From: Octopus vulgaris
Taxonomy: Eukaryota
Direction: 5' to 3'
DNA: 64,000 nucleotides
NCBI GenBank assembly: GCA_951406725.2
Contig: OX597818.1
Location: 94,922,001 to 94,986,000 of the forward strand
Below, piece by piece: positions 1-12,270 of the stretch. The notes under the pieces were generated by a model. That model worked only from the letters and a program-made list of their open reading frames with translations. It did no database searches and had not been told where the DNA came from. The position numbers and the translations under genes are program-made. Each line of letters starts with the position of its first letter. Position 1 is the stretch's first letter.

Positions 1-1079
1 GTCAAAAAGTCATCAACAGCAGATGTGATGCCATCATCACTGCGATAGTGGTTTCCTACCAAGTGTTTCTCCATGTTGGAGAACAGATGATAGCCAGATA
101 GGGCCAAATCAGGAAAATGGGGATGGTGATCAAGCAGTTCAAAACCACAGTCATGCACAGCATCCTTTGAAACCAAGAACTTGTGTGCTGGAGTATTGTC
201 CTGATGAAACAAGACCCCTTTTGTCACTTTTCCTAGGTGTTTGGTCTTGATAGCCTCTACTTACTACCTCAGCAAGTTGGCATAGTACTCTCCATTGATG
301 GTGTGGCCCTTTTGAAGATAGTCAATAAATAATGCCTTTTGCATAAAAAAAAACAGGATATCACCTTCCCTGCAGATGAAATGATATTGGCCTTCTTTGG
401 AGCAGCATTCATTATCTCTTTGTCTCTGGTTTAAAGTGATGAAGCCAACATCATCCTAGGTTAGAAAACATTCAAGAAAACCAGCTGGATCTGCCAGAAA
501 CAATGTCAGGTTTTTCCAAGATATAATCAGCCTGGTGTGCTTATGGTCAGGTGTCAGAAGACATGGCACCTACCAAGCAGAAACCTTTGTCATGCCAAGT
601 TCATTGTGCAGGATATTCTGAATTATCTCATGGGATATGCTAATAGCATTGGCTATTTGATTTGTAGTCAATCACCTGTCATCCATCACCGTGTGGTGAA
701 CATGATCAATGTTTTCCTTGGTGGCAGCAGTCTTCAAGACTCTCTCTTCCCCTCCTAAATTCAGAAGCTCTCTTTTGCACTGTTGGTAAAGCTGGAGTGT
801 TATCCCCTAATGTAGCAACTATGTCAGCATGAATGTTGTTGGGTGCTAAACCGTTTTTCTGCAGGTAACTTGATAACACAACAATGTCGAAATTTGCCCA
901 TTTTCAAGAGAAGTTGCTACTAGTTACATTTGAAGTTTTCTTTTAACAATCAGATATGTGTTTACCTGGAAAGAAACAATGTAGTTGTTAATAATAAGTG
1001 TTGAAATTAATGCATGCAAGATTTCACAGCTCTAGCATCATTCTTTCATAGTCATGAACTTTTCAGTCCAGCTTCATAT
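1..1079 (-). mobile_element. Decayed mariner-family DNA transposon (transposase pseudogene, runs off the window start)
   Basis: Minus-strand translation of 1-150 gives CGFELLDHHPHFPDLALSGYHLFSNMEKHLVGNHYRSDDGITSAVDDF (the mariner YSPDLAPSD region). LFHQDNTPAH lies near 180-215 and a decayed W(V)P motif near 565. A TIR-like end with TA is at ~1050-1080. Stops and frameshifts are present. Confidence 0.85.
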
Positions 1080-1224
1080 AAGTATCATCACTTACTTTAC
1101 ACACTAAGGTGTGATTTGATGAGATTTGACTGATATTTCTAACAGGTCAAGTAACCACTTAGAGACTGCCTTGTTAATATATATATTTAGAGAGTTATAA
1201 GCTGTGATCTCAGAACATTGGGGT

Positions 1225-1417
1225 TAACCCTTTCTGTTGAAAAACACTACTTCTCTTTTGATTTATTTTGAAAATAACAAATTTAGTGAAATAACTGTAA
1301 TTATGAAGCTGGTGTTTAGAGCATAAATTAACTTGAAATTTTAATGAAAGGTTCTAATTTAGATTCCTTTTAAAACAGATAATTTGTATCAAAGGACTAA
1401 AGGTGGTCTCAGATTAA
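1225..1417. mobile_element. Degenerate TTAACCCTTT-type MITE
   Basis: Starts TTAACCCTTT; body resembles the better-preserved copies at 42392 and 43233. Confidence 0.55.
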
Positions 1418-1637
1418 ACAACAACAGAGAATGCTTAACAAGATAGGAACTTTGGTTACCCCTTATCTATGTCATTTTAGTCCTGAAGGTATTTAGTCTG
1501 TAACAAATCTATCCTATTTTTATACATTTTGATTAACTGCATATTTTAATATTATGAGTACCACAGTGAGGTATGTATTTCGGTTGTAAGTAATCCATGA
1601 GTAAAACTGTTCATTCCTGTTGTTATTGTAATTTCAG

Positions 1638-1758
1638 AGATGGTGTTCCAATCACTGTTCAGTCAGAGGAGACAAGAGTGTGGCAAAGGAAGGATGGCAA
1701 ATGGCAGAATGTACATTTTCATCGCTCAGGATCATTGCAAGCTGTCTCATCAAAATAG
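1638..1758 (+). CDS. CaMKII: Terminal coding exon of calcium/calmodulin-dependent protein kinase II (association/hub domain C-terminus)
   Basis: Acceptor ...gtaatttcAG ends at 1637. Phase-2 exon reads (x)[39 protein letters not shown] with TAG at 1756-1758. [21 protein letters not shown] is the diagnostic CaMKII hub C-terminus. Not in the ORF track because it lacks an ATG in this frame; upstream exons lie outside the window. Confidence 0.95.
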
Positions 1759-3363
1759 AAGTGTAAAAAATCTACTTAACTCTATCAACAAATCTAACTA
1801 CTACCACCACCACTACTACTACAACTACGACAACCACCAACAACCACCATGACCACTACAAACAACAGGATAACGATGATGATGATGATGATGATGATGA
1901 AGATATCGACTTCTTTCATTACGATAAATACCACAATAAGCAGATGTAAAAAAAAAAGTTGCTACTAACCACTTACATAGACTTTTTCTCCTATTGTCTT
2001 TTCACCTTGTCTGGTATCTCTGTCCTGCTACTTCTCTCTTGGTTTCTTTCCCTCTTCTTCTAGCTTACCTCTCTCGCTGTTTCTGTCTTACTCTTCTTTT
2101 TTATCATTTGCTCACTCTCACATATGTATACACATACACACATGCAAGCCACTCTACTATTCTATCAATTAGGGTACCACACCATTGTGAACCAGCTAGA
2201 CATACATACCATCCAATCAATAAATATTATACATTAATGATGCAACACTACCACAAAACTATACCAGCTGTACAACCACATAAACTACCCAGCCATCACA
2301 ACCCAACTCAATAATATCACTATATACCAACTATACAATACTACCACTATAGACCAATTGTACTATGGTTCTATACCTCAACTATAGAACTCTACTACAC
2401 CCACCATGTACCAACTAAACAATAATACCATTGTACACTTCACTGTACATCTAACGGATCACCATCTATTTACTGTTAACCCTAATAATTTAGGGTATCT
2501 TATAAGTTATCAGGGTTGATGAAGTTAAAATAACTAGAGGTATTACACACACACACACACTTTGATGATGGCACAGTGTATAGAGAAATGTACAAGATAC
2601 TTTATTCTAAAGTTTTATAACCTGTCTGTTCTAAGTTCAAATCTAACTGGCAGTGAATTCTGCCTTTCATCCTTCTGGGCTGTGTGCAGAGTTGTCGATA
2701 AAATATAAAACAATAATGTATTGGGGGTTATGTGTAAACAGCACCTCTTCCTTCTAAAAACATATTAATGCTGTTGTTGTCGTCGTTGTCCTTAATCCCC
2801 CTCCCCCCACGTCTACCCATAATATAATATTGAAATACTCAGATCCTTCCCTTATATGATGTGGTTGCCATGACTACTAGTGGCTGTGTAAAGTGGGGGC
2901 AGGGGTACTACTTGCAGCAATCTCATTTAATATACAAATTAGACTACAGACACAAAACCACAGCAGTGTCCTCTACCTCTTCCTCCACAACTCTTGCCCC
3001 CACCATCAACTCTTTATCTAACTATTTATCTGTCTCTTTATGGGATATTTCACTATCTATTTCTCTGATACCTGTTGATCTAATGTCTGTCTTTCTTGAT
3101 CTGCCTACTCTTTAACTTCCTCTCAGTACCAGCAAGGAAAACAAAAATGACAATACTCTCCCCATTTTTCTCTCTGTCTCCCCCTTCATCATCATTATTC
3201 TTTCTGGTGGTTACCCATGCTTCTGCTACAAACTATTGATAGAAATCTACCAAACTCTGTATAATGAACAATTTCATTTTTCCTTTCTTTCTCTTTTTGG
3301 ACACAACAAACTAACTTGATGCTAAAATTGTTCCAAAGTGTCTAATTATTATTATTACTATTA

Positions 3364-3396
<33 letters not shown>

Positions 3397-4240
3397 GCAT
3401 TATAATTATTATTACTATTATCATTATTGTTGTTATTGTTATTGTTATGACCATCAGATTTGTTTCTCTCTCGCTGTTAATATTCTTGCTATTATGACCT
3501 GTGTTGTAAATTAACAAAATTTAAATTTAAATAATATATAAAGTAAATCAACAGATTTAACTATTTTATGTCTATGTGCATATATATATGTATATATACA
3601 CACACATCTAATCACACACACACATTTGTGTACATATATGCACAAATATTTAAACACAGCGTGTACATGTGTGCAAGTGTGTGTATAAGTTATCAGGGTT
3701 GATGAAGTTAAAATAACTAGAGGTATTACACACACACACACACTTTGATGATATAAATCCATACACACATATGTATATGTGTGTATGTGTATATATGTAT
3801 ATATCTATATACACACATACACACACACATGCATACACACATGTATATTTGCATACATATATAATTTTTGTTCATAATATTTTACTGACAACATGGTAAA
3901 AAGATATCAATTTTAACTTGGTGTGTGTATGTATGTGCATTAAGTAGTTAACTAGGGCTAGTCAAACTGTGTAGTACTAACAACTTAACTGTGTACACAA
4001 GATGCCTGCATTTTTCTTGGCTGGTTTCTCACAGTGTTATCACACCTAGGAAGATTCTGCTGTGAGAAGTCCACATGCAATGATGGAAGAAGAGTTACCA
4101 AGACACACACTTACACATACTATGTTTATCAGCTAAAATCTTGATGTTGTCATTTTCAATGATGCTAATAGCTCTATACAAAAGAGCTAGAGTCATTAGT
4201 ATTCACACTCTAGGTTAAGAGTTTGTATGTTTTTTTTGTG

Positions 4241-4289
<49 letters not shown>

Positions 4290-4748
4290 ATACACACATA
4301 CACTCCATTGCATGCCTGCCATACTAGATGCATACATATGTACAAAGTTATATATGAATTTAGGTATCTATAAATATACACAGTAAACTATAAGTCATAG
4401 ATTGATTGACAAATTAGTTTTTTCTTCATTTTTTTTTCTTCTCATTTTCTTCTCAACATTTTCTTTAATTCGGTAAATCTCAAACTGTTCTTCTAAATTT
4501 GCATCCCCCAACCCCTGCTTTTATTCTCTCCCCCCTCTCTCTCTCTCTCTCTCTCCTTTAACATTTAACTAAAAACAAAATAATACAGCTTGTATGAAAC
4601 TTTTTCATGACACTGATAGTGCTGATGTTTGGAGTGTCACTGAATCTGTTGGAGAGAGAAAAGATTTCCAGCAGTAATTGAGCAGAACTAAGAAAAAAAG
4701 AAAATTTGAGAATTGGAAATTCAAAACCAAAAATGCAAAATATACACA

Positions 4749-4779
<31 letters not shown>

Positions 4780-4795
4780 CATACATGTATATATG

Positions 4796-4838
<43 letters not shown>

Positions 4839-6691
4839 TTTCATCTCATTATTTTTAACAAATGTTAAATCTATTTATTTATAAAGAAAACTATTATAAT
4901 GTATGGTGTGATGAGGTGGCTAGCTGGTTGGAGGGTCGTCATACATTTGAATGTGTATGGATGTATGTGTGCATGTTTGAGCATGTGTGCTTGTGCGCTG
5001 CCTGCATAGTAAATGCATTAGATGGTGGATTTATTGGGGGTGCATCAGCGAATGGACTGAGTGAAACTTTCAAGCATCTTTCAGAAGATAACTTGTCTAT
5101 GAAAGTGTGCATGCGTGCATGTTTCTTTACATACATAACCTGTATATACATACCCGTATTGCATAGCTGTATATACATACCTGTATATGCATTCATATTT
5201 GCACTCCTACATGTATGTATAATGAATTATGCATGAAAAACAAAAAAAAAATAGATATTACAAATTCATGTCTTTTGTTGTTTTTTTTCCTATTGAAATC
5301 TTTCAAATTCACTAAATTAAACTTTAAAGGAAAATTAATGATAATAATAATAATATAATAAATCTCAAGAAAGAAAAAAAAATTCACCACCATGCTGTAT
5401 CTGAGGAATATGTGATGAATCTTTAATTTCATCTCTGCTGAGAAATGAAGTGTCTCCTGTAGGTTGGTCGGGTGAGTGAGAGGGTTTACTCAACGCTTTC
5501 GCCACCTCCACCACATTCTGGTCTGGCCAGTGCCCACCTGAATCACTTATCTTCTTCAGTGCAGTAATAATAATAATATGATCAATAATATATTTAAAAA
5601 AAAATTCTATTTGTTTGCTACAAAGAAATAAAATTTAAATCCCAAAACAAAAACAAAAAAAGGAAAAACCTAAACAAAAATATGTTTAAAAAATATATAT
5701 ATGATGATGATGATGATAAAAACAATAATAATGATGATGATGATGATAATAATAATGATAATAATAATGATAATAAAACACATTTTAGCTTTCTGAGTAT
5801 TCTTTCATATGTTTTTTGGAATCTTAGTGCATTCTTTTGCTTGTTGCTTTTTCCAATGCTAAGTTGGCCCGAACAACGTGTGTCGCCACGCCAAACGGTG
5901 CAAACATTGTGTTCACCCCTGTGCAATATAGTATATATATATGTATATATATATTTAAAACAATAAACATCCAACTAATGTGTCATCTATATACATATAC
6001 ATTTGTGTATGTGTGTGTGAATATATATATATATATTTTAACACACACACACACACACACATTTGTATATTGTCATTTTATCAAACAATTGCAAAATTGC
6101 AACACAAACATACATACACATATACATACACATTTAAACACACATGCATACGTGCACAGTTACACATACATATACAGAGAGAAAAGAAATTGTAAGATAC
6201 AGATATAAATTGTAAAAAGAATTTAAAAAATATAATTGGAAACATTATACAATCCCTGTTTAAAAGGAAAAAAAATGATACAGAAAAAAAAGCAACCATA
6301 CAATTCTTCTTTTGCATGAAACTCTATGAAAAGACATTTTTTTTTTTTTGAAACCATCTCCAGATGACGTAATATGTTCACACTCCCTTTCTTTCAATAT
6401 TTCAAAACTTTGTGTCTATTTTTTCCCCCACTTTCCCCTCAGTTTTTCAGTGTGTGCTTTATTGAATATACATTTTTTTTAAATATATATATATAAAAAT
6501 GAAATAAATTATACCACATTTAAAAAAAAAGAAAAAGAAAAAACCCAGCCAAAAAATATTTAAAAACACCATTAAAAAAAAATCGAAAGACTGGTCTCCA
6601 AGAAAAAAAAAAAAGATAAAAGGACAAAACCCAAAACGAAGCTATACAACTTCCATTTCTTGATCCTTGGACACAATGTTGCATATATATA

Positions 6692-6734
<43 letters not shown>

Positions 6735-6812
6735 TTATATATATATATATATATGTGTATATATGTATATATTTATATATATACACACACACATGTATAT
6801 ATATGTATGTAC

Positions 6813-6847
<35 letters not shown>

Positions 6848-7214
6848 TGAATGATTGGTTGAACAAACAAACAACTATACTAACACTTTACCCTTACTTG
6901 AAGGCCATCATTCAGAAGATGGCTACAAGTATGGCTGCAAGCTCAGCTAACATTTTCTTGTTCTAATTCTTGTTATTTTGTGTTTTCTCTCCCTCCTCCT
7001 CCTCCTCACATTAGTAAAAGCTGAAAATAATAAAACATTAAAAAAAAAAATACGAAAAGGAATTTCTCTATCAAAACCAAACATGCCGTATGAAAACATG
7101 AAACTTCCACATGTTAAAATGGTAAATGGACCTGTGAGTCGTTTGTTCAATCAAACATGCATAAATGAAATGCTGTACCTTAATTATGCAAATATGTCTG
7201 TGTGTATATGTATG

Positions 7215-7267
<53 letters not shown>

Positions 7268-7309
7268 TCACACACATATTTGTGAATTGGTCACCTCTTT
7301 CATTTTTCT

Positions 7310-7345
<36 letters not shown>

Positions 7346-7411
7346 TATACACACATACATATATATATGTATATATATATATATATATATGCATATACAC
7401 ACATACATATA

Positions 7412-7459
<48 letters not shown>

Positions 7460-7502
7460 TATACACACATACATATATATATGCATATATATATATACCC
7501 AC

Positions 7503-7588
<86 letters not shown>

Positions 7589-9730
7589 TCTTTTCTCAAT
7601 AAAAATGGCACCTGCTTTAAATGGTCGGTCATGTTGTTGGTTCATTGTTTCACTTATTTCTTCAGAGACAAACAGCTCCAGGCTTCTTCTTCTACTTCTT
7701 CTACCACTATTTCTTCTTCTGCTGCTGCTGCTGTTGTTGCTGTTGCTGCTGCCATCGTTCCAGGCATTGCACAGTAGTCTGGAAGGTGCATCACTGGGCC
7801 CAAGGGGTGGACGGGAAAGTACAGGACATGGCAACAGAGGTCAGGGAGGTTGGGGGGAGTTGTTGGGTGTAATAATGATAATGATAATGACAATAATAAT
7901 AATAATAATAATAATAATAATCTATATTTTTTTATTTTATTTAAAATTGTTTCCTGTTTTGTTTCCATTTTTTCTGTCTGTGTATTGTCATTTCTTTACT
8001 TATCACTCACCTTTGTTAACTATTTGTTGCACACTTTTGTTGCACTTTTGAAAAATGACAGAAAACACTTTTTTTTATTATTGTCTGTTGTTCCTTGTTT
8101 TCTCTTTTTTTTTCTCTCTCTCTCTCTCTCTTTCTTTCACCTCAGTAAGTCATGTAACTTGGTCAAAGTTAATTTTTCTGCTACTAGTTTCACTCACTGT
8201 TACTTCTACTAATTTTACCTCTACTTCTACTACGATATTAATATTGTTAATTTATCTGATTGTTGAAAGGTTAAACAGTTTGTAGGGGAGACGTATAGTT
8301 CAGTGAATCAATTTTGTTGTTATGATAATGATAACAACAACAACCATAATAATAATAATAATTATGCATTAACACATCATTAGTATAATAATAAGACAGT
8401 ATTATAATAACTACCAATGATAATAATAATCATAATAATTGCAAACAGCACACCACTACAATAATGATGATGGTCATCATAGAAGTATCATTTAGCACTC
8501 ACTGCTACAATTAGTAAATCTCATACAAAAAGAGTAGGTAAGGACTGTAAATGTTTTCACTCTTTAAGCAGAAGAAACTTAAGTGTGTAACCCCAATGAG
8601 ACATACTCACCTCTGCAGTACAATGACAGACAATTGGCACCTCTCACTTACAATGTCTTCTTTATATATTCTGGCTGAAAATTGTCTGTTTTGTTTTACT
8701 TTCTATATTTGTACATGTGTGCTCTGCAAAGCCTTATCACATTTACTGGGCAATCTTGGGGTAAATTCACAAATAGTATTTATCTGAAATGTGACTCAAG
8801 AAAATCCAAAGATTGTCTTCGGTCATCTAACAATGACTAGACAGTGTTAATAGTGTAGAGTAGTAATTAGAATTGGTTGTCTTGTGATGATTCACATCAT
8901 CAAGAATCAGATTGGAGATACAAACTGGAGTGGTGTATTTAGATTGTTGTGCATGGAGTGAAAATTGAAACTAATATTTTCAACATGGTCATGCCTGAAA
9001 TTTTGGTCTCTCCTTCATCTTGGTCTAGCATAGATATATGGCTTTAATTTTTATTGATGGTACTTACAGTAAATTCATTATAGATTGTCACTCTCTTCTC
9101 TCTCCATATACACACATACACACTTTTGTTCTTGGCTCTTTGACCACTTTACTATTCTAGAAAGATCTATGAAAATATTTTTAATCATTGGAAAAACAAT
9201 ATATCCTCCTCTTCCTTAGGCGTATCTTGTTTACTTTTGATTAAAGATGATTTGTTTTATTTATTTATATATATATTTTTTTCATATTCTCCAATTGAAA
9301 TTGGAATCTTCTTTCCTTCTTCCCACAAGTACCCATAATTATTTCCTAACACCCACACCTTCCCTTTGCTCTGCTATCTCCATAAATTGTTAGATCTTCC
9401 TCTTTCCTCTCCACCTTCCACCTTTACCCCCTCCTTCTCAGTTAGATCCTTGGGGCATGGTGTCTAGGTGGAGAGTTTGCCCTTAATTTCAGATCTTCAA
9501 CAAGTTTTAACATCAGTGTTTGCAGCACTTTTTACTTAATGCTCATATTTTCATGAAATATAAATAAATAATACATTTTTTTTTACTAAAAAAACTGGAA
9601 AAAAAACAACTTAATAAAAATATCAAAACGTCTTTTTTTTGTTTTAAACATTTTTTTATTTAACTTTTTAAAATTATTTTTTTGTTATGTACATGAAAGT
9701 CAATAAAGATGTTTTAACTCTGCTTCTTTG
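1759..9730 (+). other. CaMKII: Probable long (~8 kb) 3'UTR of CaMKII
   Basis: Follows the stop codon. A/U-rich with simple repeats, and almost free of the SINE/LINE/MITE copies that fill the rest of the window (only one old SINE remnant, ~2629-2760). Ends at clustered AATAAA (9563, 9613, 9702), after which TEs resume. Internal AATAAA sites could give shorter isoforms. Confidence 0.6.
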
Positions 9731-9740
9731 TCAGTGAATT
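9653..9740 (+). promoter_or_regulatory. Candidate distal polyadenylation signal cassette
   Basis: TTTTTAT 9653-9659, TGTA 9688-9691, AATAAA 9702-9707, then a U/GU-rich tract from 9721. Confidence 0.55.
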
Positions 9741-10161
9741 ATCACATTTGTGGAGAGGACAGAGCTATTATATTGTCAACTTAATACAGTTATTATTTTA
9801 TTAATCTTCAATTACAAACACAGTTGTTTATTCATTGCTTTTTTTAGAGTTTTTGATACATGATGTGGTTTACACTAGATCATGCATCTGTGGCTTATTG
9901 CAGTGTTTCTTATTGGTGGTAGGATGAGGGAGGGCCTCTCTGACCCTATGGAGGATTAAAAGGTGGATGTGGGGCAAATTATATTGACTAAAATTAAGAT
10001 GGTATTACCCTTTGTGTTACTATATTTCTGTTTGAATACACCTTCTTTATTTCAATTAATTTTGAAATTAATGAATAATTTAGTAAAATAACTTTGTCAT
10101 CGTTAAGCTGAGTTTTGGAACATAACATGAAATTCTGATGGAATGTTTAATTTAGTTCACT

Positions 10162-10380
10162 TTAACCCTTTAGCATTCAATCTGGCCCAAATATTCTACC
10201 TCTTTTTTGTTCAGACTGACCAGATGCAGCCTCTCACATTTACCCTACAATGCCATTCTGAAACTAAAACATTTACATTATCAAAATTGTGAAGCTTTGA
10301 GATCATACGTGATTAATTCAAAACAATGTGAATAAATATGGATTATATTTAACAGAGTAATCTGAATACTAAAGGGTTAA
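10162..10380. mobile_element. TTAA-flanked MITE (piggyBac-like ends)
   Basis: TTAACCCTTTAGCATTCA ... TGAATACTAAAGGGTTAA terminal inverted repeats; related copy at ~28460-28677. Confidence 0.8.
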
Positions 10381-10831
10381 AACAAGAAGTTAATATCATG
10401 GAACCAGGACAGTATAAGGCAAGTTAGTATGGAAATGGTTGAATGTTTTAAACTCCTGTTCCATAGCAAAGAAAAAAGAATTATGAAGATACAAACTCTG
10501 TTTTATCTTCTTGTTAATAAAGAAGAAAATGAGGAGAGGAAAGATTTTTCAATAATATTCAAATGGTGGGGTAGCTATTTTGCAGTTTTGAAACCACTGA
10601 GCCAAGTAGATAACAAAATTACTACCTTTGGTTTAGAAATAAGGAAGCCAGGTTCGATTCCAATCTCATACTACACACATATCCAGGAATAAGAAAGACA
10701 CCTGTTAATGATCATTAATCAAACTAATCAAAACAACATGTGGATGTAAAAGGTTTTAAAATTCATTTCATCTCTACAAGTATGATTAATAGTGCTAAAT
10801 ATAATTAACAGGTTGTTGCAGACATTTAAAT

Positions 10832-11200
10832 GCGCAGGATTGGCTGTGTGGTAAGTAGCTTGCTTACCATCCACATGGTTCTGGGTTTCAGTCCCACTGC
10901 GTGGCACTTTGGGCAGGTGTCTTCTACTATAGCCTTGGGCCAACCAAAGCCTTGTGAGTGGATTTGGTAGATGGAAACTGAAAGAAGCCCATCATATGTA
11001 TATGTATATATACATGCGTGTGTGTCAGTGTTTGTCCCTCCCCAACATCGCTTGACAACCAATGCTGGTGTGTTTACGCCCCCGTAACTTAGCGGTTCGG
11101 CAAAAGAGACCGATAGAATAAGTCCTGGGGTCGATTTGCTCAACTAAGCATGGTGCTCCAGCATGGTTGCAGTCAAATGACTGAAACAAGTAAAGAGAGA
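10832..11200 (+). mobile_element. tRNA-derived SINE, abundant family in this window
   Basis: A-box-like TGGCTGTGTGG and B-box-like GGTTTCAGTCCC, core GTGGATTTGGTAGATGGAAACTGAAAGAAGCCC, tail CCAGCATGG..CAGTCAAATGACTGAAACAAGTAAAGAG. Other full or partial copies at ~16020-16260(-), 22265-22470(-), 36240-36400(+), 36820-37190(-), 37960-38510(-), 38860-39010(+), 41398-41615(-), 47680-48605(-), 49775-50360(+), 52135-52550(-), 52880-53295(-). Confidence 0.85.
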
Positions 11201-12270
11201 GAGTGTGAGTGTGTATATTTGTAATAAAATGTATGTCTTAACAAGATATGCACATATACCATCATCATCTAATGACTCTTCCATGCTGGTCTGAGTTGGA
11301 TAGTATGATGGGATCCAATGAGTTTAAGGACTGATCATGCACCAATGTTTTTGGCATGGTTTCTACAGCTGCCCTCTCACCACCACTTCCTAATGCGTTT
11401 TTCATAACACCAGTTCTAGTAGCCATAAGATTTGCAAGATCCCCTTCAACTGAGTGGGATTATACTAGAAAAGGAGGTGGCTTTATGCTAGGTTTTGTGT
11501 AGAAGAGATACATGGCTACCTCGCAGTGAATGAGAGTAATCAGTGGAATTGGAAAGAAGGTGGCAATGTATCACATTGAGTTTTCAAGGTACCCAAAGGA
11601 AAATAGAAGAGGGAGTGGACGGGGACAAGCATGGAAAGGGTGGGTGCCAGTTGCAAGAGTGTATGGGAAGAGCAAGAGGTAGTTGGAGATGGAGTAGAAG
11701 TGAATGAGATGAAGGTAGTGAGTGGTAAACAAGGGCAGAGTGGGTTGATGACAAATATGAGTTGTAGGGGTGAGTGGGCAGTGCAAAAAGAATGAAGAGC
11801 AGCTTAATAGTAATAATATGGCAGACAGCAGAAGAATGAGAAAAAGGGATATGACAGGTGAGAAGTAGCTTGCAAGAATGTGTGGAGAGAGTGAGAGTTA
11901 TATGGTGAATAGTGGGGGTAAGTCAACAAGCAGTGGTTCAAGTAGAGGGAGATATAATAGCACAGAAGGATGTGGGGACGGTGTTAAGAATGAGTGATGG
12001 ATGTCAGAAGTAGGAAAGATAGCTGGTTGAACAGAAATGGATGATGAAATATGTAGTTCTCTCATTTAATTACAGCAGTAGAATACTGCATAAGGTGATG
12101 ACAGGGGTGGGGAGTGAGGAGTCCAGTTGTGTATATATATACACACATTGAATTGTGTCAAAAGAAAATGAGAAAGGAATTTTTAAGTTGTCTCATAGAG
12201 TATATAGCTTATTGAAACTGAATTTATCCCTCACAATTCAAGTTTCAGACCAATGTATGTGTACGTATAT

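Noticed and set aside
1640-1852. 70-aa ORF MVFQSLF...
   Set aside because: Wrong frame; the overlapping frame starting at 1639 is the CaMKII hub C-terminus.
5412-5541. C/D box snoRNA (GTGATGA...CTGA) or SECIS element
   Set aside because: No terminal stem outside the boxes, no recognisable guide, no SECIS apical AA geometry, and the CDS ends in TAG.
6978-8051. 357-aa ORF and the many YI/HT/VC/MYVC ORFs throughout the window
   Set aside because: Stop-free (AT)n, (CA)n and (TATG)n microsatellites, not proteins.
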